Source: Antedon mediterranea
Lineage: Eukaryota; Animalia; Echinodermata
Assembly (NCBI RefSeq): GCF_964355755.1
Contig: NC_092670.1
Span: 37,994,388 to 38,058,387, forward strand
Length of the DNA: 64,000 nucleotides
Direction: 5' to 3'
Shown: piece after piece, positions 54,880-64,000 of the stretch
Layout: each line of letters starts with the position of its first letter
Position numbering within the stretch: the stretch's first letter is position 1
Translations under genes and position numbers: made by a program
The notes under the pieces: generated by a model
What the model was told of the DNA's origin: nothing
The model's database searches: none
Seen by the model: only the letters and a program-made list of their open reading frames with translations

Positions 54880-56186
54880 CTTGATACTTTATTATTATTC
54901 TATCTGTATATATAGTCTCTGATTCAATATTATATGGTGGTAATATTTAATAATTAGTACTCTACTAACTAGGCTAGACTAGGCCTATAGGGCCCTAGCC
55001 CCTACTATTCCCGCCATTCAAAAAAAAAAGTTATTTTATTAAAAAATATAAAAATGATAAGATGAATTTTAATTCAAAATAATATTAGCTAGTAAGGCAT
55101 TTGATACTAAATCAATATAAAAACATTCTAGTAAAATTTAGAGTTTTTTGGGCCTGGCTAGGCTAGCCTAATAGGCCTTCCCACCTGATCCACCGTCAAA
55201 CCACGAGCGGCGACGGTGCGCGAGAGAGGGGACAGTCAACCGGCTCATAAATGTAACGAGAGAGCTAGCTTTTAAAACAGTTAGAATCATTTGATTTTCA
55301 AGTAATAAGTCATGTGAAGTATATAATAAATTAAGAAAACATACATTATTGTATTATCTTACCGAAAATATTTTTAAAACACCGAAATTTTGCAGCGCAT
55401 TCACTGGCGCTGGCAAAAACTTTGGTGACCTGAAGCTGACCCTTTGACGTTCTTTATAAACCAATAAACTATAGAGGGGGTACATGCTGAATGATGATTC
55501 CTGAAATACTGTACAACTTTTTCAGTCTGTCCTGTATGAATCTTATAATTCGTAATTTTTATTTATCGTTTTTGTCTTGTTATAGTTGATGCGGTACCTT
55601 CACCTCCAATTTTTTAATCGTCAAATTTCTCCTGCAATTAAAAACTACAACAAAACACACTATAGTATAAATTAAATTATTGCAGGTTTTAATTCAATCA
55701 CATTTCATTTTATAGTACATTTACAAATAAGATTTTCCAATTCTAATTCTGCAATAAAAGTACTTTTTTTAAACTATTATTAGTAATCCTATATGATTAT
55801 TTAATAATTAAAATATCTTTTGACTATCTAGTCTAATTTACTCTGTGATAGCAATGTTCCAATTCTTGTGTTATCGAAAATATGTTAAAATCACAATCAT
55901 ATTATATGCAGTACTTAAAACAGCATTATTTTCATTTTACTATTAAAACGATAAAATTTAAAACTAAAAACCTCAATTCCTAAAGTACAATTTCAACATT
56001 CTTTTTTACAATTTTAGGATTTTTTAAAATGACATCTCATTATTAGTTTAGTCTTCTCTGCGACCGTAGCAATGTTCATCCATTACTTCAGACAAATTTG
56101 TTAAATTTTTTGAATTTTCCATATTTTTATCAATAAAAATACTTATGGCACACAATTCATGAATACTATTTAGCATACAGTATATA

Positions 56187-57257
56187 CTACATCAGCATAT
56201 TGAGAGGTATTTCATCAATTGAAATATCCCATGGAAGTGTAACTGACAAACAACCATCGAGTGATGTCACATCGTGCCACCAGAAGGGAGGCGTGTAAAG
56301 AATCTCGCCAGGATTCAAGACACATGTGTACCGTTGAGCGTGTTTTAAATGTGGGAAACGCTTGGAGTCAATATCTCGAAGGTTAACCTTACTAGTGTGA
56401 GACCGCGAAGTGTGACTTGGGTGAGGATACAGCAGAGGAGTGTCAGTGTGAGAAAAGAGTACCAACTCTTTGCATCCTATAACTTGTAAAAGTAGTCCAT
56501 GGTTGCGATCGAAATGGAGCGGTGTTATATTACCTTTTGTTCCCAACCACAATTGCATTGTGTCAATTCTGAAGACCTTCTGATGCACTGCCTGATAAGG
56601 TAATGGGAAATCCGACATCACTTCAACATTTTCAATTCTCCTCTGTCTTGCATCCCCCAGCTGTTTACCAGTCTCTTGATCATGTATTTCATTAAGTTGA
56701 CCAACTTGATCTGCTTGCTGTTCATGGTCACAAGTCTCTTCAGAATCCAAAAACTCCTCCCATGGATAAATATCTTTTACAATTCCTTCAGGTGTAGAAG
56801 ATTCTGGCTCTTTCATTTGGCCACAATTTACACTATCAACATGACAAATTGATTTTATAAGTCCTTCTACTTGTTCCCGTTTAATCATGTCTTGGTAAAG
56901 CTTAGACGGCATGGAGTGTGTGCGCAGATAATATCTAACTGCTTCAGTATCTTTTGCGTGAAATACCGCATCTAAAAACCTCTCCAGAGATATTTCAATC
57001 TTCTCCGAAACCTGAACATGATTGATAAAATGTTTGTTGTCATTTGATTTTAAAACTTTCAATTCTTCCCCAAATTCCTCATAAAGAACATCCTTTATGT
57101 ATTCTTCATTCCAAGTCTGCAATGGCAGCCAGTCTTTTGCAATGCCGGTAAGTAAAACCGGTCTCTTATTCTTGTAAAACCTATTGAATGTGGAGCCAGC
57201 GACATCGTCTAACCTCTTTATAGGTATTGCCGCACTATCAAATTTGAAGGTCGTCAT
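56187..57257 (-). CDS. JmjC-domain (cupin-8 type) Fe(II)/2-oxoglutarate oxygenase, intronless CDS, 356 aa
   Basis: Motifs RPVLLTG..W, LWLG..GNITPLHFD, LLQVIGCK and LNPGEILYTPPFWWHDV, with an intact HxD...H triad. It resembles JMJD5/HSPBAP1/FIH-type hydroxylases, but orthology cannot be resolved by eye. Confidence 0.88.
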   Translation of the reverse strand: MTTFKFDSAAIPIKRLDDVAGSTFNRFYKNKRPVLLTGIAKDWLPLQTWNEEYIKDVLYEEFGEELKVLKSNDNKHFINHVQVSEKIEISLERFLDAVFHAKDTEAVRYYLRTHSMPSKLYQDMIKREQVEGLIKSICHVDSVNCGQMKEPESSTPEGIVKDIYPWEEFLDSEETCDHEQQADQVGQLNEIHDQETGKQLGDARQRRIENVEVMSDFPLPYQAVHQKVFRIDTMQLWLGTKGNITPLHFDRNHGLLLQVIGCKELVLFSHTDTPLLYPHPSHTSRSHTSKVNLRDIDSKRFPHLKHAQRYTCVLNPGEILYTPPFWWHDVTSLDGCLSVTLPWDISIDEIPLNMLM

Positions 57258-57515
57258 TTATCTTAATTCTTAGATTGAGTTGATCTGCTGCAATTAATTG
57301 GCCAGCAAGAGTACGCAATGCATTTATGTACAGTATACTTAATAATGGACATCACTAACAACAGTAACATAACACTCTAAACTAAGCCTTATTAGCTTAG
57401 GCCTAACTCTAGCATTAGTTTAGACTTAGTTGGTAGGCCACTGACTGCTGGTTTATACAAATGGCAAAGTACTAGCAAGTAGGCCGCTTGTAACAAAGGC
57501 AAGGTCTACTTATAT

Positions 57516-57542
57516 CATGGAGTAATAATTAGTTACTCCATG
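57516..57542. mobile_element. 27-bp TIR-only hairpin flanked by a 7-bp direct repeat
   Basis: CTTATAT|CATGGAGTAA-taattag-TTACTCCATG|CTTATAT has the same termini as 897-928. Confidence 0.6.
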
Positions 57543-59003
57543 CTTATATCAAAGCAATATTTGATTGATGCTTATGATCGAATATGATACTCGCATATTG
57601 CAACTCCGCCCATCCTTGTTTTGTTTGGCACGTCTGTTTGTTTATCTTGTAACGCTTCATTGGACATAACAAGTTATTAACACGGTTGCCGTGCGAACAG
57701 ACAGACACGGTTTCCTGTATAAAGTTAGCGCCCTCTCCTTGATCGCGAGAGAGTTGAAGCAAAATAAAGGGGACACGCGTTTTTCCTCTATTTAGCCTAG
57801 CCCAAAAGGTCGAAAGAGACCAACCTAGCTAGGGCCTAGAGGAGGCCTTTTAGGTTGGAGACAATCACCATAACGGTAACGTTACCAATTATATTCACCA
57901 CACATGCTTCTATTTCAGTTCCGCTTTCCTTTTAAGTTTTTGGGCCTTCCTTCCCTTTTTTGCTAGCTAGTAGTAGGGCCTACTTTTATCTGCTTCCCCC
58001 CACCCCACCAGGCATGAGATAGCAACCAAGATATCCATGCAACACAATAAACCCAACAAAGATTATTAGAGTGACGTTGACTTCATTTCGTTTTTGACAA
58101 CATACTGTACTTCTTAGGCCTAGCTAGGCTAAATTAAACTATATTATCGGGATTGTCGACCGTGCATGTTAAAGTAATGTACCCAAATAAATGATAAATA
58201 GGCCTATATATACTAGGGCCTAGAGAGGGCCTATAGTATTGTTAATAATTATTAATATTATTTTCTATATTGGCATGTTTGACCATGCATGCGTAAAAAC
58301 TAATAATATATTAATCGAAGTACATTCACAACCATGCACATAGTTTTCACAACAGATACCTTGCCGATAGTTAACTTTGATTGATTGACTATCTGCACGG
58401 TCAATATCGATCACACAATTTAAAAATACTATTTTACATGTTCGCACAGTTGACCACAACTCTATAAAAAACTTCAAATTTTGGTGCATCCACGGTTGAC
58501 TGTGCTGATAGCCTCATCCATTTGTCCTGTACTTTCTCTACGGTATAATCTTGATGGAAAATGAAATTGTTAAGTGCAATTACATTCAGTTTAAGAGCGC
58601 GTAAAATGAACATTGGATATATTTTCTATAATAGATCCTTGTACACCACACCAAATATTGACTATTGGCACACAACAGTCTGCCATGCTGATGGCAAATA
58701 GTCAATTACCGTACTTACCCGTCTACACTTTCCTTTAATAAAAATATTACACTTTTGCACATAAAAAAAAGAGAAACCAAACATTCTGTTTTTAAAAATA
58801 GTTTTCAAGAATTTAGAAAAAAATATGGAAATAGTGAATTAAAATTAGATGGCCAAATAACTTTGGGATGGGCTTATAAACCAGGATAAACCTATATTAA
58901 TTTTATATGGAAGAAAAGATAATCCAAATATGTACTACTTTAGCAAGAACATAAATTCCAATTGAATTCGTTTGTGTCAACAGCTAAATTGTAGTAGGCC
59001 TAT

Positions 59004-62000
59004 TACTCTAGTAGCTAGATCAACTTTCGTATGCACTTTGAGGTCCAGAGAATTTGACTTCAGAAATTGGTTTAGGGTGGTCAAACAATCATTTTTGGCT
59101 TGGTTACACATTTTGAAAATGTGGCGAAAGGTCAAAAGGTCAGGGTGAAAGGTCATAAGACCAAACACCAATATGTCCTTAAATCTCAACAACTACTGGT
59201 CACAGCGAAGTAATTTTGGTCTCAAATTGATCAGAAGGTATACATTTATATTCAGTCTAATGGGACATTTTAGTCAAAAATGACCGGAAATGCCATTTCT
59301 GACCTTTGACCCACACCTCAGGGCATGTATGTATCTCCGTAACTACTGATTGTAGACACTTAAATTTGGTCTTAAATTGTTTGAAATAAATATTTATTAT
59401 TTGTAGAACATTTTTAAAAATGTTACAAAAGGTCAAAGGGTCAAGGTCAGAGGTTATATGAACAAATAAAAATAGATACTTGTATATCGGCAACCACTCG
59501 TCGCAGCAAGTCAATTTTAGTCTCAAAATGTTCAGAAGGCATGCTTTCATATTCAATCTAATGGGACATTTTAGTCAAAAATTATCAGAAATGCCATTTC
59601 TGACCTTTGACCCACATATCATGGCATCTTCATATCTCTGTAAGTACTGGTCGTAGAAACTTAAATTTGGTATCAAATTGTTCGAAATATACATATTTAC
59701 ATTCATTTTAATAGAAAATGTGGTTAAAAGATGAACAGAAATACTATTACTAATGTTTCAAACAAAAAACATATCTCTACATAACTTATCCTTAGACAGT
59801 AATGTTATGCAATAACTGATACTTAAATTGTTTCAATTTCAAGTACTAGTTATTGCTGACCCCAAGAACATTGATAGAAACGTCAAGCTCAACAGTTCTT
59901 TTCAGAATGCTAGAAGTAACTTGCCATGTGTATCCGATTAAACTCCCCGGGCATTTATTGTTCAAAGGGGTTTTTAGGGGCAGGGGAGGCATCTTTATTT
60001 GTGGTATAATATGGTAATATGTATAATCAAATAAATACCACCTAGATGTAAAAAAAAAATACAGCACAATTAATATCAAAAAGTGAAAAAAATGCTTGGT
60101 AAATTGTAGATTATGGTAGTTAATGTAATGTGTTGTGATACAATTATTGTGTAAATGCATGTGGCGGGCGTATTCCACATGGTGTTCTATTAGAGGGAAT
60201 GGTGGCGTTTATTTGAGAGAGGCTTTTATTCAAAGCGGTGTTAATTCGAATAAATATTCTAATTTTAATAATTATAATTCGTTTCTCAACTGATAAAAGG
60301 TACTTTACATGATTCGTTGTTTTCTTTATGCTTTTTAACGAAATGTTTCTGTCTTTTAGAATAAAAGTGACACTGTCATAGATAACATTAAATGGATCTT
60401 CTCTTCCAGGTGCCAGTATAATGATATAAAACAATGACGACACATCATTATCCTGACACAATTGCACTCATAATGGATCTTCATTCTATCATCTGTTTGT
60501 TTGTGACTACAATTTGACAACAATCTTTTGCATATTTTTAAATGCCAATACATAGCTTCATTACTATTGTACAATATGTCCAGCTTTCCTGAAAACACCC
60601 TTGTGTACTGTAGTACAGTGTTGTAGTATGATTTTATCATGATAACTTCTGATGCTTTTATTATCAATGAATTCAGTACCTAAAACATGTCAAAGTTTCT
60701 AGTGGTATTGATAATAAATCTCCAGAAACATATATTGTTTTATTATCTACACTGGGAACAGACGTGTATAATATACACCGACAAAACTTATACATATTAT
60801 AAGTTTTGTCGGTAACATTCAAAAATATTATGCAACAGTGTTACGGAATAATGACAATGAATTGGTCTATTATAGTTGTCTGTGATACCTTTTATTACAT
60901 GATTGTACTTGCAACAGGATAGAATGAGGTTTAATCCAGTTATTATTCTTATTATATTAATTTTTTTTTTTTTTTATCTGGGGTGTATTTATTTGATTAT
61001 ACATGTTACCATTATTACACCCAAACAAAATAAACGCCTTCCCTGAATAACTAAATGCCCGGACCTTTTATTCGGGTAACTATAGTAAGTTACTTCTAGC
61101 ATTCTTAACTGTTGAGCTCGAGTATTTATTCGAATTAACACCCGCTTTGAATAAAAGCCTCCATTCCCTCCAATAGAACATCATGTGGAATAAACGCTCC
61201 GCCACATGCATTTACAAAATAATTGTATCACAACACATTTCATTAATTACCATAATCTACAATTTACCAAGCATTTTGACATAATGTTATCATTTTTTTA
61301 TATTAATTGTGCTGTATTTTTTTACATCTAGGTGGTATTTATTTGATTATACATGTTACCATATTATACCCCAAATAAAGATGCCTCTCCTCCCCCTAAA
61401 AACCCTTTTGAACAATAAATGCCCGGGGCGTTTAATCGGATACACATGGCAAGTTACTTCTAGCATTCTGAAAAGAACTGTTGAGCTTGACGTTTATATC
61501 AAAATGTTCTCGTGGACAGCAATAACTAGTAGGCCTACTTGAAATTGAAACAATTTAAAGTATCATATTGTGAAAAGTTGTGTAGAGATATGTTTTTTGT
61601 TTGAAACATTAGTAATAGTATTTTCTGTTCATCTTTTAACCACATTTTCTATTACAATGAATGTAAATATGTATATTTCAAACAATTTGATACCAAATTT
61701 AAGTTTCTACGACCAGTACTTACAGAGATATGAAGATGCCCTGGTATGTGGGTCAAAGGTCAGAAATGGCATTTCTGATCATTTTTTACTAAAATGCCCC
61801 ATTAGACGGAATATGAATGCATGCATTCTGAACATTTTGAGACCAAAATTGACTTGCTGCGACCAGTGGTTGCCGAGATACAAGTACCTTTATTTATTTG
61901 TTTATATAACCCTTGACCCTGACCCTTTGACGTTTTGTAACATTTTTAAAAATGTTTTTCATATAACAAAATATATATTTCGAACAATTTAAAACCAAAT

Positions 62001-62360
62001 TCAAGTGTCTACGACCAGTAGTTAAGGAGATAAATATATGCCCTGGGTTGTGGGTCAAAGGTCAGAAATGGCATTTTCGGTCATTTTAAACTAAAATGTC
62101 CCATTAGATTGAATATAAATGTATACCTTCTGATCAATTTGAGACCAAAATTACTTCGCTGTGACCAGTGGTTGTTCAGATTTAAGGACATATTGGTGTT
62201 TGGTCTTATGACCTTTCACCCTGACCTTTTGACCTTTCGCCACATGTTCAAAATGTGTAACCAAGCCAAAAATGATTGTTTGACCACCCTAAACCAATTT
62301 CTGAAGTCAAATTCTCTGGACCTCAAAGTGCATACGAAAGTTGATCTAGCTACTAGAGTA
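59004..62360. mobile_element. ~3.36-kb fold-back DNA element with ~1.25-kb terminal inverted repeats
   Basis: Arm 59004-60256 is the reverse complement of 61122-62360, and the ORF track shows the same pseudo-peptides on opposite strands. The termini TACTCTAG...CTAGAGTA are flanked by TAT on both sides, and the arms contain ~300-bp sub-repeats. Confidence 0.85.
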
Positions 62361-64000
62361 TATAGGCTATACGGGGAATTTCCATGTGTGTAAACAATAT
62401 ATTCAATGTAAGCAAAAAATGAATGAAATCATGTGACTTCCAAAACACCATGTGATTTGACCTGACAGAGTTTAGTTTCATTTTTGCTGTTGCATTTTTG
62501 CTGTTTACCCTGCGTTACCATTACATATATTGTTCCTAGGGTGCGGAAATTGTAATAGTAAAGTCTATTGCTTGTTGTTGTCTATAAATAATTGTTGCAA
62601 GAGTACTGTATTTAAATTTGTTGTTATTGAAAGGAAGTGAGCTAGTGTTTATCATTTCATCAAAATGTGTGTATTTCCTACAGTAGAGAAACTATTTTAT
62701 CTAACAAGATAACTTGCCATTGGCTGAGGTCTGTTTAACCAACATAATATATGTCGATAAGACTACTAGATCTTTGAACAGTGAGAATTTTGTATACAGT
62801 AACAACTAGTTTGTGCACGTGGTTGGACTCTAACAGCAGTCCTATAGTTCATAATTTGAGTTACATTATTTGATACGCCGTGGAGAGAACTGCTAATCTT
62901 TATTCCCATAGAGTTCAGTGGAATTGTTAGTTATATTCAAAGAGTTGTAAATTGTGTAAAATGACAAGTCCACGGCAGATTTTTCAAGATTTTTTCTCAA
63001 AAAGCTATCCTCCGTTAAATACAGGAAAAGATAGTGAGTATTGTGAATATAAGAAATCTTTAAAAAGAACTAATCTGCCTATATTTGTATTTTATTGTGT
63101 TAGTCATACTATTGTATTATAGAAGTTTATTAGTTACTAATACTAATAGGGGTACACGCAGCAAAACATGTTAAACGTGGATACATTTTACTATTTTTTT
63201 ATTTATTAGTCTTCTTTAAATAGACTAACCGAGATCAGTGATATCACTGCTTTCCACTGGGGCCCTCTAATCAACATTGCATTTTATTTAAATAATAATA
63301 GGACTATATAAAATTTTAAATTGTTAGTAACAAGGTGCCAGTGTTGTAATAAACTAAATAATGTATTGTATTTGTGATACCTTCCATACCATTTCATTCA
63401 ATCAATACGTGATTTCACTGTTAATTCATTTAGGACATGTTTCCAGTTAATATTGGAATTATAGTTGTTGTATATATACTTTGAAAGTTAGTATGCTTCT
63501 TAATTTGCTATTAATTAATTTACAAATCTAATCAGTAGGTCTAAAATAGTATTACATGTACTACATTCATGTTTTTTATATACAGTGTTAATACATTTGT
63601 TTCCTTATTACCTGAGGCTACCAATACCTGTAGTATTCCCGGATGTCAGACATTTAATTGTTTAGTTGAATGTGAAAGTATTTTTAGTACTTACAGTATT
63701 GTCTTGTACAACATATCTAAACATTAATAAGAAGGGTGTGTTTGTTTATAGCATATCCCATGAATATCATACATTATAAGAATAAATATATATGAATGTA
63801 TGAACTGTACACCACCCAAGTACTGTAATAGTAATACCCAGTGAATGTTTAATGTTATAGTAGAATATTCTGAAGGCTAGAGAGTTAACTATTAGGTGAC
63901 ACTGAGATGAGATAAAATCTAAATAATTTTTCATTTAATTATTAATATATAATAATAATTAATAGCACTTATTCCACAGTGCTTCTAAGATTATTATCAT

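Noticed and set aside
58265-58620. Protein-like minus-strand stretch (VIDIDRADSQSIKVNY...)
   Set aside because: It is interrupted by stops and has no recognisable motif or splice sites. It may be a decayed fragment but cannot be supported.
58977-62393. Paired similar ORFs on opposite strands suggesting duplicated genes
   Set aside because: They are translations of the two arms of the inverted repeat, differ by frameshifts and lack recognisable domains.

Overview
AT-rich, intron-containing animal genomic DNA. The gene style suggests a marine invertebrate, possibly an echinoderm, but this is inference only. Six genes were assembled by hand through GT-AG splice sites with consistent reading phase. 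(1) A secreted mosaic protein with a signal peptide, an uncharacterised domain, PAN/apple, EGF-like and a second uncharacterised domain (9229-16515, +). (2) A ZAK-alpha/MAP3K20-type kinase (18748-29748, +). (3) A secreted, extremely Ser/Glu-rich repeat protein full of S-x-E motifs (32786-31254, -). (4) A full-architecture PRDM9 with KRAB-like, SSXRD-like and PR/SET domains plus a minisatellite-like C2H2 array (37619-43203, +). (5) NDUFS1 (54879-47258, -). (6) A JmjC/cupin oxygenase with an intronless CDS (57257-56187, -). Introns and intergenic DNA hold a 5'-truncated LINE reverse transcriptase, other LINE/SINE relics, several MITE families, a hAT element with a perfect 8-bp target-site duplication (TSD) and large fold-back elements. 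The most notable signals are the intact invertebrate-type PRDM9 with a homogenised zinc-finger array, the casein/SCPP-like candidate mineral-matrix phosphoprotein, AGGCCTAG-dense islands at gene 5' ends, conserved ribosome-contact motifs in ZAK, and 27-32-bp hairpins with 7-bp TSDs that look like P/Galileo-type excision scars. No database searches were run, and human-protein comparisons are from memory.
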